From positions 131,047 through 195,046 of the forward strand of contig JAIXOL010000078.1 of assembly GCA_027486845.1 (NCBI GenBank): DNA of 64,000 nt, in the 5' to 3' direction. Shown in pieces: positions 1 to 9,903 of this stretch (its first letter is position 1; every line of letters starts with the position of its first letter). Both the position numbers and the translations under genes were made by a program. The notes beneath the pieces were generated by a model. The model was not told the DNA's origin and made no database searches. It saw nothing but the letters and a program-made list of their open reading frames with translations. This stretch comes from Cytophagaceae bacterium. Lineage in GTDB: Bacteria; Bacteroidota; Bacteroidia; Cytophagales; Spirosomataceae.

Positions 1-2
1 TT

Positions 3-167
3 GGCTCTATACTTTCAGGCAAAGTTTTAGATAAATATACAAGTAAAGTTGGAGAAGTAAGTACCCACGACTGGACAGCAGTTTGGATGGTTCCTGCCGC
101 TATTTCTGTGGTAGTTTTATTGATTTTTATCTTAGTTTTCAAAGATAATACCAGAGCAAAAGTGTAA
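3..167 (+). CDS. C-terminal fragment (55 codons) of a membrane transporter, possibly an MFS nucleoside-permease type; the gene starts left of the window
   Basis: Frame 3 is open from the window edge to TAA at 165-167. The translation GSILSGKVLDKYTSKVGEVSTHDWTAVWMVPAAISVVVLLIFILVFKDNTRAKV ends in a hydrophobic helix. The likeness to NupG/XapB-type C-termini is from memory only. Confidence 0.4.
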   Translation, partial: GSILSGKVLDKYTSKVGEVSTHDWTAVWMVPAAISVVVLLIFILVFKDNTRAKV

Positions 168-210
168 TTTTCTTGGAACGAATCGAGCGACTAATGCATT
201 CTACTATTAA

Positions 211-251
211 AAAAAGCCTCTGAATTTTTATTTATTCAGAGGCTTTTTTTG
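211..251. terminator. Bidirectional rho-independent terminator hairpin
   Basis: AAAAAAGCCTCTGAAT-loop-ATTCAGAGGCTTTTTTT. An 11-bp perfect stem (215-225 / 234-244) has an A-run and a T-run on either side and lies between convergent genes. Confidence 0.65.
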
Positions 252-260
252 TTATAGAAT

Positions 261-1496
261 TTAACTTTTAAATTTTAAAGATTCAATCAATTTCATCCGT
301 GAAACTACCAATGTCGGAATCGTAACAACAGCCAGAACTAGTAGTACAGTAACAATATTTAGTATAAAAACCGTGGGCCAATCGAACGAAATAGGTACAT
401 AATTCATATAATAACTTTCAGAGTCAAGTGGGATAATTTTAAATGTTTTCTGCAAAAAACAAAACCCAATACCAAAGATATTACCATAAATCATTCCTTT
501 AATTATGATAGTTAGGCCCTTATAAATAAAAACTTTTCTAATTTTTGCATTATCTGTTCCCAAAGCTTTGAGCATTCCAATCATAGGCGTGCGTTCCATC
601 ATCATTACCAGAAGTACAGAAATCATGTTAAAACTAGCTACTAGTAAAATTAAAGCTATGATAACAATAATGTTTCTGTCCATCAAACCAAGCCAGTCGA
701 AAATAGCTGGAAACATTTCAGTAACTTTCAATAACTGCATATCTTGGTCGATTTCTTCAGAAATTTGTCGAGCTTTTATGTCGAGAATATTGAAATTTTT
801 TAGAAATACTTCATAATGACCTGCTGTTCCTTCATCCCAATCATTCATTCGCTGTACCAAAGCTAAATCTCCTAAAATGAAGTTTTTATCAAATTCTTCT
901 AAACCTGTATCATAAATCCCTACCACTTTTACTGGTCTAATTCGTGGAGGATTTTGAATAAAATAGATTCTGACTTTATCAGAAAGTTTGATTTTCAGTT
1001 GATTGGCAATTTTTTTGCTGATGATTATTTCGTCAGAAAATGCAGGTTGCTGCCCAGAATTATGTCGAAAATTAATTTCTCGACCTTCAATCAAATTTTC
1101 TTTAAAATTCCCCCAATCATAATCTCTTCCGACACCTTTTAATATAATTCCAGCGTGTTCTTCCGACGATTTTAATAGTCCGGCTTTATTTGCTACAGCC
1201 TGAACGTGTCTTATTTCGAGGTTTTTTCTGTAATTTTGATAAAATTTTGTATTTATTGCTATTGGAGTTTCTTCAAACGACTGATTCAATGTAATTTTAC
1301 TGACTTGTATATGAGAGCTAAGGCTAAAGAGTTTTTCTCTTATGGTCTGTTTGAAACCAATTAGAATACTAAAGGAAATAATCATGACCGATAATCCAAT
1401 AGCAATGCTCGAAATACCGATTTTTGTTACAGTTGAAGTAAAAGTTGTGGTGTTGGTATTCTGAATACGTTGGGCAATAAATCGAGGTAAATTCAT
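261..1496 (-). CDS. ABC transporter permease, FtsX / LolC-LolE (MacB-like periplasmic domain) family
   Basis: 411-aa ORF with an N-terminal TM helix, a large extracytoplasmic domain and then a C-terminal FtsX-type 3-TM bundle (MISVLLVMMMERTPMIGMLKALG motif). Confidence 0.8.
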   Translation of the reverse strand: MNLPRFIAQRIQNTNTTTFTSTVTKIGISSIAIGLSVMIISFSILIGFKQTIREKLFSLSSHIQVSKITLNQSFEETPIAINTKFYQNYRKNLEIRHVQAVANKAGLLKSSEEHAGIILKGVGRDYDWGNFKENLIEGREINFRHNSGQQPAFSDEIIISKKIANQLKIKLSDKVRIYFIQNPPRIRPVKVVGIYDTGLEEFDKNFILGDLALVQRMNDWDEGTAGHYEVFLKNFNILDIKARQISEEIDQDMQLLKVTEMFPAIFDWLGLMDRNIIVIIALILLVASFNMISVLLVMMMERTPMIGMLKALGTDNAKIRKVFIYKGLTIIIKGMIYGNIFGIGFCFLQKTFKIIPLDSESYYMNYVPISFDWPTVFILNIVTVLLVLAVVTIPTLVVSRMKLIESLKFKS

Positions 1497-1623
1497 TCTG
1501 TTTTAATCAATGATTATTTACAAAAATATCAATTTAAACTAAGATAAAAAAGATTAAAAAATTCGATAGTAAGATTTGATTGTATTCAACTTTGCATATT
1601 TTCGAGTTTGATTTTAAAAATTT

Positions 1624-2577
1624 ATGAAAATAAAACAGTTTTTCTTTAAAGCTTTATTACTATCTATCCTCACTTGGGGAACGGTCGAAGCCATTTTTTA
1701 TTTTGACCCCTACAAAAAACACGATTTAGAAACTTCATACAACGCAGTCATTATCGACAAGTATAAACGCCTTCAAGAAACGCCATCACCCAAAATTGTT
1801 TTGATAGCTGGTTCAAATTTTGCTTACGGAATTAATAGTAAACTCATTGCTGACTCGCTCCAAAAACCTGTCGTCAACATGGCTATACATTATGCCTATG
1901 GTACAAAATTTATGCTTAATCAGATTTCTCCCGAATTGCATAAAGGCGATACCGTAATTATGGGTTTTGAGTATATTATTGAAAGTAAAGGAAACAAAAG
2001 CGAGCAATTATTGATGGCAAGATGTTTTCCTAAGGCAAAAGAATGGATGGAATTTGACGATTTTTTTGAGGAAATTCGAGAAAATGGCCAATTGAAAATT
2101 AATACTTTTAGAACTATTTTGGAAAGAGTTTACAAAAATAAGGAAATCAACTATCAGATTTCGGATACAACAAGTGTGTTTTTTCGAGGAGCAACAAATG
2201 AATATGGAGATTTGATTAGCCATTATAATAATCCCTCAAAGAAACCCATTCCTAGAGCCATTTTAAGCGATAAAGTGAGTCTGAAAGGTGCCATTAATGA
2301 CATGAATGCTTTTTATGAAGCCATGAAATCAAAAGAAGTAAAGGTTTATTTTATTTATCCGACCTATTCTGAGGAGAATTACATTCTTGACAAAAAGATT
2401 ATTTACAAATATCAACAAGAATACGAAAAATATGCTCATTTTCCGATTTTGGGGAAGCCAACTGATTTTGTTTTTGCAGATTCATTGTATCAAGACATGG
2501 CTTATCATTTGACCCAAAAAGGTGGCGAAATTCGCACACAAAAAATAATTCAGTTATTAGGTAGGATAAGTTTTTAA
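1624..2577 (+). CDS. Membrane-anchored hypothetical protein, probable extracytoplasmic partner of the downstream MBOAT acyltransferase (DltD/AlgX-like role inferred)
   Basis: 317-aa ORF with an N-terminal TM anchor. It has a GS-type block (IVLIAGSNFAYG) and a C-terminal D..YH block. It sits 54 bp upstream of, and co-oriented with, the MBOAT gene. Confidence 0.5.
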   Translation: MKIKQFFFKALLLSILTWGTVEAIFYFDPYKKHDLETSYNAVIIDKYKRLQETPSPKIVLIAGSNFAYGINSKLIADSLQKPVVNMAIHYAYGTKFMLNQISPELHKGDTVIMGFEYIIESKGNKSEQLLMARCFPKAKEWMEFDDFFEEIRENGQLKINTFRTILERVYKNKEINYQISDTTSVFFRGATNEYGDLISHYNNPSKKPIPRAILSDKVSLKGAINDMNAFYEAMKSKEVKVYFIYPTYSEENYILDKKIIYKYQQEYEKYAHFPILGKPTDFVFADSLYQDMAYHLTQKGGEIRTQKIIQLLGRISF

Positions 2578-2631
2578 CCTATCATTAAACTTATTGGATA
2601 GGTTTTTTATCTGTACAATAAAAAATATTTT

Positions 2632-4095
2632 ATGCTTTTCAATTCGATAGAGTTTTTGTTATTTTTTCCAATCGTTACGATTGTCTATTTTTTGCTTGGG
2701 CATAAAAATCGATGGTGGTGGTTGTTAGCGGCTAGTTGTGTTTTTTATATGGTTTTCAAACCCGAATATTTATTGATTTTGGGTTTTACCATAGTTATTG
2801 ATTATTTCGCTGGAATTTGGATTGAAAATGCTGTCGGAAAACAGCGAAAATGGTTTCTTGTTCTCAGTTTAATTGCAAATATTGGTGTTTTAGCTTTTTT
2901 TAAATATACAAACTTTGCCATTTTTGCCTTAGCACAAGCTAATATCGCTCATTTTAAATTATTAGATTTTATCCTGCCTATAGGTTTATCATTTCATACT
3001 TTTCAAGCGATGAGTTATACCATTGAAGTCTATCGAGGCAATCAGAAAGCTGAAAAGCACTTTGGTTTGTATGCACTTTATGTAATGTTTTATCCTCAAT
3101 TGGTGGCTGGTCCAATCGAAAGACCACAAAACGTCTTGTATCAATTTTATGAGAAGAAAAATTTTGATTATTTGCGAATAACAAGTGGGTTAAAACTTAT
3201 GGCATGGGGGCTTTTTAAGAAAGTTGTAATTGCTGACCGATTAGCTTTATTTGCTGATAAAGTTTATAATAGTCCGATGGAATATGAAGGTATTCCCATT
3301 ATAGTAGCTACGGTTTTCTTTACATTTCAAATATATTGTGATTTTTCAGGTTATTCAGATATTGCTCTTGGAACTGCCGAAGTAATGGGTTTTAAATTAA
3401 TGAAAAATTTCGACCGACCTTATTTCTCTAAAAGTATATCAGAGTTTTGGCGTCGTTGGCATATTTCACTCTCAACCTGGTTCAGAGATTATTTATATAT
3501 TCCATTGGGTGGAAATAGGGTAGGTAAAACTAGACAATACTTTAATCAATTTTTTGTCTTTGCTATAAGTGGTTTGTGGCATGGGGCAAACTGGAATTTT
3601 ATAATTTGGGGAGCTTTGCATGGTTTTTATTTGGTTTTTGCTCGAATTACACAAAAACCACGTACCGCATTCAATAAAGTTACTGGTTTAGAAAAAGTGC
3701 CATTCTTACTCAAAACTTTGCAAGTTTTCACAACATTTTGTTTAGTTTCTTTTGCGTGGATATTTTTTAGAGGAAATTACCTTGAACAAAGTCAATTATT
3801 TCATTTAGTAGCTCACTTATTTTCAAATTTCCCAACTTTAAAGGAGTTTTTAACCTTTAATTATATTTCACAAAACATATTTCTCAATTTTACACTTGTT
3901 GAATTCTTAATTGCGATAGGTTTAATAATTTTCATGGAAATCGTTCATTACATTCAAAGAGACAAAAGTATTCGTCAGCTTGTATCTAATTATCCAACTG
4001 CAGTTCGTTGGTCACTTTATTATATTTTCGTAATGGCTTTCTTTATTTTTGGTGTTTTTGATAAACCAGCCCAGTTTATCTATTTTCAGTTTTAA
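2632..4095 (+). CDS. MBOAT family O-acyltransferase (AlgI/DltB-like)
   Basis: 487-aa polytopic ORF. It carries typical MBOAT blocks (FYPQLVAGPIERP, SEFWRRWHISLSTWFRDYLYIPLGGNR, SGLWHGANW with the conserved His). Confidence 0.9.
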   Translation: MLFNSIEFLLFFPIVTIVYFLLGHKNRWWWLLAASCVFYMVFKPEYLLILGFTIVIDYFAGIWIENAVGKQRKWFLVLSLIANIGVLAFFKYTNFAIFALAQANIAHFKLLDFILPIGLSFHTFQAMSYTIEVYRGNQKAEKHFGLYALYVMFYPQLVAGPIERPQNVLYQFYEKKNFDYLRITSGLKLMAWGLFKKVVIADRLALFADKVYNSPMEYEGIPIIVATVFFTFQIYCDFSGYSDIALGTAEVMGFKLMKNFDRPYFSKSISEFWRRWHISLSTWFRDYLYIPLGGNRVGKTRQYFNQFFVFAISGLWHGANWNFIIWGALHGFYLVFARITQKPRTAFNKVTGLEKVPFLLKTLQVFTTFCLVSFAWIFFRGNYLEQSQLFHLVAHLFSNFPTLKEFLTFNYISQNIFLNFTLVEFLIAIGLIIFMEIVHYIQRDKSIRQLVSNYPTAVRWSLYYIFVMAFFIFGVFDKPAQFIYFQF

Positions 4096-4180
4096 GAAGA
4101 AATAGAAAAAACTAAAACTTAAAATTGGTAGTTGTGTTTATAGGATGCTGATAATCAGATGCTTATATTATTTATTAATA

Positions 4181-4210
4181 GTCGATTGTTGACCGTGGTC
4201 TACAACTTAT
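4181..4210 (+). repeat. Tail-only copy of the dispersed intergenic repeat (heptad-phased TCGAT/TTGAC/TGGTC)
   Basis: GTCGATTGTTGACCGTGGTCTACAACTTAT. The pentamers at 4182, 4189 and 4196 are spaced exactly 7 bp apart, and the copy aligns with the tails at 31861-31919, 33630-33655 and 39947-39974. Confidence 0.6.
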
Positions 4211-4241
4211 TTGCACTCAATGTCATTTTCTTCTAACTTTG
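4210..4241 (+). promoter_or_regulatory. Putative Bacteroidota-type promoter of guaA (-33 TTTG / -7 TAACTTTG)
   Basis: TTTG at 4210-4213 and TAACTTTG at 4234-4241 are separated by 20 nt, matching the TTTG-N19-21-TAnnTTTG architecture. This also argues for the ATG at 4260 over the one at 4239. Confidence 0.35.
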
Positions 4242-4259
4242 TATTTTAGAAATGTTACC

Positions 4260-5789
4260 ATGACCGAACAAATCCTTATTCTTGATTTTGGCTCGCAGTT
4301 TACTCAACTGATAGCACGCCGAGTCCGAGAACTAAATGTGTATTGCGAAATACATCCTTACAATAAAATTCCGATGATTACTGCCGATATTAAAGGCATA
4401 ATTCTCTCCGGAAGTCCATGCTCGGTAAGAGACAAAGATGCACCAATTGTTGACTGGCAAGAATTTGCTAAGACAGTACCGGTGCTTGGAGTTTGCTACG
4501 GAGCTCAAATGATGGCTCAAACTGGTGGCGGTGAAGTTGCACCTTCTTCAATCAGAGAATATGGGCGTACGATACTTAACAAAATTGATAATCGCTATGC
4601 ACTTTTTAAGGATGTTTTGGATGATACTCAAGTTTGGATGTCGCACAGTGATACCATCGCTGCTCCTCCAACCAATGCTGATATTATTGCTTCGACCGAT
4701 ACTGTAAAAGTAGCGGCTTTCAAAATCAAAGAAAAACCAGTTTATGGTATTCAGTTTCATCCTGAGGTTACGCATACAGTTTTAGGTAAAACGATAATTA
4801 AAAACTTTGTAGTTGATATTTGTGATTGCTCGCAAAGCTGGACTCCCGATTCATTTGCTGAAGTTTCTATCAAAGAATTGAAGGCAAAACTTGGTGATGA
4901 TAAAGTAATTATGGGATTATCGGGTGGGGTTGATTCTTCGGTAGCTGCAACTTTGATACATCATGCAATAGGCAAAAACCTCTACTGTATTTTTGTGGAT
5001 AATGGTTTGTTGCGTAAGAATGAGTTTGAGGAGGTTTTAGCGTCATACAAAGGCTTAGGCTTAAATGTTGTAGGTGTTGATGCTAAAGAACAATTCTATA
5101 CTGCATTAAAAGGCTTAACCGACCCTGAAGCAAAACGTAAGGCTATTGGTAAGACGTTTATAGATGTTTTTGATGCGGAATCGCATAAAATTGAAGGAGC
5201 AAAATGGCTAGGTCAAGGAACAATCTATCCAGATGTCATTGAATCTGTTTCAGTAAAAGGGCCTTCTGCAACCATTAAATCGCATCATAATGTTGGTGGA
5301 TTACCTGATTTTATGCAATTGCAAGTTGTTGAACCACTTCGATTATTATTCAAAGATGGTGTGCGTGAAGTTGGTAAGGCACTCAATATTCCTCAAAATA
5401 TTTTAGGTCGACATCCATTTCCAGGCCCAGGATTAGGTATTAGAATTTTGGGTGATGTTACCCCAGAAAAGGTGCAAATTTTACAAGAAGTTGATGCTAT
5501 TTTTATCAATGGTTTGAAAAAAAGTGGACTGTATGATGAAGTTTGGCAAGCAGGAACAATGCTTTTGCCAGTACAGAGTGTTGGTGTTATGGGTGATGAA
5601 CGTACATATGAAAGAGTTGTCGCTCTTCGTGCCGTTACGAGTGTTGATGGAATGACTGCTGATTGGGCTCATTTACCCTATGAGTTTTTGGCCGACGTTT
5701 CCAACGAAATTATCAATAAAGTAAAAGGTGTGAATAGAGTAGTTTATGATATAAGTTCAAAACCACCTGCAACTATTGAGTGGGAATAA
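4260..5789 (+). CDS. guaA: GMP synthase (glutamine-hydrolysing)
   Basis: It has an N-terminal class-I amidotransferase domain ([32 protein letters not shown]), an ATP-PPase SGGVDSS motif and the C-terminal end PPATIEWE. The start is moved to the second ATG (MTEQIL). Confidence 0.95.
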   Translation: MTEQILILDFGSQFTQLIARRVRELNVYCEIHPYNKIPMITADIKGIILSGSPCSVRDKDAPIVDWQEFAKTVPVLGVCYGAQMMAQTGGGEVAPSSIREYGRTILNKIDNRYALFKDVLDDTQVWMSHSDTIAAPPTNADIIASTDTVKVAAFKIKEKPVYGIQFHPEVTHTVLGKTIIKNFVVDICDCSQSWTPDSFAEVSIKELKAKLGDDKVIMGLSGGVDSSVAATLIHHAIGKNLYCIFVDNGLLRKNEFEEVLASYKGLGLNVVGVDAKEQFYTALKGLTDPEAKRKAIGKTFIDVFDAESHKIEGAKWLGQGTIYPDVIESVSVKGPSATIKSHHNVGGLPDFMQLQVVEPLRLLFKDGVREVGKALNIPQNILGRHPFPGPGLGIRILGDVTPEKVQILQEVDAIFINGLKKSGLYDEVWQAGTMLLPVQSVGVMGDERTYERVVALRAVTSVDGMTADWAHLPYEFLADVSNEIINKVKGVNRVVYDISSKPPATIEWE

Positions 5790-5808
5790 TATAGCCTGTT
5801 TAACAAAT

Positions 5809-5849
5809 AAAAAGTCCAACTTTGAAAAACTCAAGGTTGGACTTTTTAT
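5809..5849. terminator. Bidirectional terminator hairpin between convergent guaA and the GT4 gene
   Basis: AAAAAGTCCAAC-loop-GTTGGACTTTTTATT, with an 8-bp stem at 5813-5820 / 5836-5843. Confidence 0.65.
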
Positions 5850-5867
5850 TATGATTTGGCTGAATCG

Positions 5868-7046
5868 TTAGTTTGTACTCACTTCACTCAATCTAAGTTT
5901 TTCTTTTGTTGCAGTTGCTGCGGCTATGTTATCGCTCACAGCCAACTCTTCTTTTTTGAGCTTTAATCTTCTTACTTCTAATAAATTCCCTGCCACAAAA
6001 TAACATATTAATAAGAATAGAATAAAGAAGCAAAGTTCTGTATTGGTAAAATAACTCCTTGCAAAATAAGTTAACGCTGTAAAGAAGATTGTTGTTAGGT
6101 AAAGTGAAAATGATGCTTGCATATGTGATAGATTATTATCAATCAACAAATGATGCATATGAAGTCTATCTGCTTTGAATGGAGATTTGCCACGTAAAAT
6201 TCGGATAGAAAAAACTCTAATTGTATCAAAAATTGGAATAATTAAAATCACAACTGCTATGATTGGTGCACTAACAAATGAAATGTCAGCTTCCCAAGCG
6301 TGCATTACGTTTAAATGAATAAACTTAACCGCTAAAACGGTTATGATATAACCAATAATAAGCGAACCAGTATCGCCCATAAATATCTTTTGACTTTGGG
6401 AAAAGTTGAAACGTAGAAATCCGACCAATGATCCTGCTAAACATAAAGCTAAACAAGCTAATGAATAATGATGATTTACCAAAAACCACATTCCAAAACC
6501 AGTACTCGCAATCATCGCAATTCCACCAGCTAATCCATCAATACCATCAATTAAATTGAAAGAATTTATCATTGCGACGAAAATGAAAATTGTAAGTAGA
6601 ATACTAATAATGTAAGGAATATGACTGATGCCAAAAATACCAAATAAATCAGATATTCGCAGGTCGCTACCAATAACTACAATGGCAGATGCCAATACTT
6701 GAACAATCATCTTTTTGGTTGGAGAAAGTGCGTAAAGGTCATCTTTCACACCTAAAAAGAATAATATAACTGTACCTGCAAATACTTTATGAATTAATAT
6801 ACCCTCATCCCCAAAGTTCCAAATCATATAACCGATTAAGATTCCTGCAAAAATGGCAACCCCACCAAAGGTTGGTGTTGGGGTTTTGTGCGAACTGCGT
6901 TTAACTGGATTATCCATTAATCCACGAAGCCCACTAATATTAATAATTACTGGAATAGATCGCAGGCTTATGACCATTGCAATTATGGCTGAGATTAAAA
7001 TTTGAATTTGCTTATCAGGGATAAGTGATTCGAATGTTGGAAACAT
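5868..7046 (-). CDS. Polyprenyl-phosphate N-acetylhexosamine-1-phosphate transferase, glycosyltransferase family 4 (WecA/MraY superfamily)
   Basis: 392-aa polytopic ORF. It has blocks typical of this family (LGVKDDL, NLIDGIDGLAGG, FMGDTGSL). Confidence 0.85.
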   Translation of the reverse strand: MFPTFESLIPDKQIQILISAIIAMVISLRSIPVIINISGLRGLMDNPVKRSSHKTPTPTFGGVAIFAGILIGYMIWNFGDEGILIHKVFAGTVILFFLGVKDDLYALSPTKKMIVQVLASAIVVIGSDLRISDLFGIFGISHIPYIISILLTIFIFVAMINSFNLIDGIDGLAGGIAMIASTGFGMWFLVNHHYSLACLALCLAGSLVGFLRFNFSQSQKIFMGDTGSLIIGYIITVLAVKFIHLNVMHAWEADISFVSAPIIAVVILIIPIFDTIRVFSIRILRGKSPFKADRLHMHHLLIDNNLSHMQASFSLYLTTIFFTALTYFARSYFTNTELCFFILFLLICYFVAGNLLEVRRLKLKKEELAVSDNIAAATATKEKLRLSEVSTN

Positions 7047-7153
7047 CAGAACTATGTTTAATTTATATTAATGGGTTAGTAATCAATCTACAAAATAAAT
7101 ACTTTTTTCAATGTTAAAACTAAAAAAGATAAATCTTTTTGTAGATTTATTTA

Positions 7154-7717
7154 TCAAATGGCAATTTCTCTTTGTCTAACAAGCCGAGCGGGATTACCTT
7201 GATAAATGTTATATGCATCTAAAGATTTGGTTGCCACTGAATTGACCGACAAAACTGAATGCGAATGACATGTTACACCTCCGCAAACTATAGATTTTGC
7301 AGCAATCCAAACACCTTCTTCAAGAATTATATTTTTTACGATTAGGTCAAAGGTTACTAGGCTATAATCATGGTTACCTGATAATAGCATTGCACCTTGT
7401 GATACACAGCAATTATTACCAATTTTAATCTTCCCTAAGCAATCAATCCATAACTCTTCACCTAGCCACACATTATCTCCAATTTCCAAATTCCAAGGGT
7501 ATTTAATATTGATATTAGGTTTCATCGTTACGTTTTTACCAATCTTAGCACCAAAAAGTTTCAATAATGACTTTTTTATTGAACTTGGAATCATTAGATA
7601 AGAGTTGATAAACAGAGCATTTACGATATACCAAGTAGCCGATACTAAAAAGCTTCTTGTAAGATTCGACTGTTTGTACCAGTCGTTATTATAATTTGTT
7701 AAATCTGTTTTATTCAT
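7154..7717 (-). CDS. Left-handed beta-helix (hexapeptide repeat) acetyltransferase, WcaF-like
   Basis: 187-aa ORF with hexapeptide repeats (IGDNVWLG, IKIGNNCCVSQGAML, GVWIAAKSIV) and an N-terminal hydrophobic segment as in colanic-acid type acetyltransferases. Confidence 0.8.
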   Translation of the reverse strand: MNKTDLTNYNNDWYKQSNLTRSFLVSATWYIVNALFINSYLMIPSSIKKSLLKLFGAKIGKNVTMKPNINIKYPWNLEIGDNVWLGEELWIDCLGKIKIGNNCCVSQGAMLLSGNHDYSLVTFDLIVKNIILEEGVWIAAKSIVCGGVTCHSHSVLSVNSVATKSLDAYNIYQGNPARLVRQREIAI

Positions 7718-7770
7718 TTGTAACTAAATTTTATTCGGTTTGTTACCAAAATATTATAAGTTTTGGTATT

Positions 7771-9027
7771 TTAAATGTTTTGTAGCTTCGCAATCAATAA
7801 ACTGCTTTTTGTGCGGCCTTCTTCAAGGCGGTCGGACAAATAGATTTTTGTTGCTTCAAAATGCTTTCTATAACTCTCTTTGTCGCCCATTTCAACAATA
7901 TTTGCCCATTCGTGTACGGCAGTATGAAATGCTAAATCTTCACCTCGGATACTTTTATCGAACAAGGCAGCTTTTATTGTTTCTTCAAGAAGATTTTCAT
8001 TCAAAAAAAGGTATTCAGCCATGCCTACGCGTAACTTAAATGGGGGTGTTTGACAAATCAAACTTTTATATGGATTAGTGCCGAGCTTATGCCACGTGTC
8101 AACCATAGCAAGCAAACTTAGATGTGAATTTGGCTTATGCTCAAAGTCTTGATTAAGGCTAAATTCACTCATTATTTTGTCATCTAGCATCAAGTTTCCA
8201 CTATTATCTTTAAAAACGCTATCTCGTGCGGCATATATTCTTTTTCTAAATTTTTTTTCGTTTTCTTCAATCATCATTTCAAAAAGCTCACTTTCTGCTT
8301 TTGCGTAGCTACGGACATCTCGTTTTGCATAAGGATTTTGAAGTGCTAAACCAGAATAAACATGGAATTTATAACTATAAATCCTTAATGTCATTAATAA
8401 TTTAACATTATCGAGTCCATTCGGATGGAGAGAGTTTTCCCATGGATAAACTCTTCGGTGCATAAATGCAGTACCAATGCTTTCAAAACCAATGTGGGTT
8501 ACAGCTTGAATATCTGCCATCATACGGTCGTGAACATGGAAATCTTCGACTTGGTGAATTGTCGAGCCGATGTCCCTCAGAATATTTTCGGCTTTTTTGA
8601 AAGCTGATTGGTTCGCTCGATGATTTATAACAATCAAAGTTTGACCGATTGGACTAACTGCAGGCCCATAAAGTGCGTGGCAAGTAATAATTTGTGCGTC
8701 TTTTGGAAGGTGTTTTTCAAATGCCGCAATTTCTGGTGTTTTGACGGAGGTTTGGCCTGCAACGATTGCACCGTATTTAGTTGAAGGTCCACATTGAGTA
8801 ACTACTTTTTCAATATTTTCGGCTTCAACTGAATAAAGTATAAAATCACAGAGTCGAGAAATTGCGATTCCGTCAGTAAGGATATTTATTTTGTACTCAC
8901 TTAGTTCTGTTTCTAATGCTTCACGGTTTTGGGGTAAGTCACAACCATAAACTTCATAGCCTGCATTTGCCCATATTCGAGCAAACAATTTGCCCATATC
9001 TCCCAAACCAATGATGCCTATTTTCAT
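7771..9027 (-). CDS. Prephenate dehydrogenase (NADP+), long TYR1-like form
   Basis: It has an N-terminal Rossmann motif (KIGIIGLGDMGKLFA). Further blocks match the yeast Tyr1 sequence as I recall it (ILYSVEAENIEKVV, GGQTSVKTPEIAAFEKHLPKD, PNSHLSLLAMVDTW). Confidence 0.75.
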   Translation of the reverse strand: MKIGIIGLGDMGKLFARIWANAGYEVYGCDLPQNREALETELSEYKINILTDGIAISRLCDFILYSVEAENIEKVVTQCGPSTKYGAIVAGQTSVKTPEIAAFEKHLPKDAQIITCHALYGPAVSPIGQTLIVINHRANQSAFKKAENILRDIGSTIHQVEDFHVHDRMMADIQAVTHIGFESIGTAFMHRRVYPWENSLHPNGLDNVKLLMTLRIYSYKFHVYSGLALQNPYAKRDVRSYAKAESELFEMMIEENEKKFRKRIYAARDSVFKDNSGNLMLDDKIMSEFSLNQDFEHKPNSHLSLLAMVDTWHKLGTNPYKSLICQTPPFKLRVGMAEYLFLNENLLEETIKAALFDKSIRGEDLAFHTAVHEWANIVEMGDKESYRKHFEATKIYLSDRLEEGRTKSSLLIAKLQNI

Positions 9028-9268
9028 AAAAAGACCCTCAACCTCTAAAGCGGAATTAAAAAAAATTACTTTGCAATATAGCTAAAAATACTAAAATTTA
9101 AAAGGAGTAGGGGTGTTCTTAATTTATTATTATTGAATGTATAAAATACTCATTTGTCACTTTGAAGATATGAGAATTTTGAATTTATAGCCATACTTTT
9201 AGTGAAATCATTCTGCATTGAAGGGAGAATACTTTTAGCAATTGGGAAAGTTTAATAATTGAATGTAT

Positions 9269-9332
9269 TGAGACATAGAGACATGAGGTAGAATACTCGC
9301 TTTCTGTAATTTAATTGAGTTTGTCGATTAGG
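9269..9332 (-). repeat. Degenerate inverted copy of the dispersed repeat (head TAATCGACAAA plus GAGACAT-type tail)
   Basis: On the minus strand it reads CCTAATCGACAAAC...CCTCATGTCTCTATGTCTCA, comparable to the 11846-11957 copy (TTAATCGACAAATT...CTCTTGTCTCATATT). Confidence 0.3.
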
Positions 9333-9465
9333 ATTGTGCTTGTTTTTAAAATTAATTTTAAAATATTGAAATACCTGTAATTGAGTTTGCTAGGCTTTGT
9401 TATTATCCAGCAAAATCGTATTTTTTTTAATTCAAGATTCAGAATCAAATTTTAGTTTAACTTTT

Positions 9466-9828
9466 TTAAAATAATATTTCTTTGTAGAATGAGATTTTAT
9501 TGCCAAATGGGTCGCAAACTTCCATACATTGAGTATTCCAAAAGGTGGTTTCAACTGAAGGAAAATAATATTTGTATTTTTTTGCTTTTAATTCCTCGCA
9601 AAAATTTTCTACTTCAGGGTAGTGAATCAATATTTTGACACCAGGCGAACCATCACCGTGATGCTCAGAAAGATGAATAAATATTCCATCTTTTGATATT
9701 CCCAAATAAATAGGTGCATCATTTTCAAACCGATGCTCAAATTCTATCTTAAACCCCAACCATTCGATATAAAATTCTCGTGCTTTGGTTTCATCAAATA
9801 TTCTGAGGATTGGTATGCTATAATTCAC
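9466..9828 (-). CDS. VOC (glyoxalase/bleomycin-resistance) family protein
   Basis: 120-aa ORF. Its N-terminus (IPILRIFDETKAREFYIEWLGFKIEFEH) and size are typical of bleomycin-resistance-like single-module VOC proteins. Confidence 0.7.
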   Translation of the reverse strand: MNYSIPILRIFDETKAREFYIEWLGFKIEFEHRFENDAPIYLGISKDGIFIHLSEHHGDGSPGVKILIHYPEVENFCEELKAKKYKYYFPSVETTFWNTQCMEVCDPFGNKISFYKEILF

Positions 9829-9903
9829 TGTATTTTGTATTCAAAGTGTTATATGTACAAAAAAAGGATTACCTAAGTAACCCTTTTTTATAGGTAAATA
9901 AAT

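Noticed and set aside
4239-4259. N-terminal extensions of several track ORFs: guaA from 4239, the amidohydrolase from 11262, the FMO-like gene from 15405, hisG from 22403, DinB from 39895, the ALDH from 56131 and hppD from 59524
   Set aside because: In each case a downstream ATG gives the canonical family N-terminus or a signal peptide. The extension would overlap promoter boxes, repeat elements or (for hppD) the hmgA debris. The shorter starts were used.
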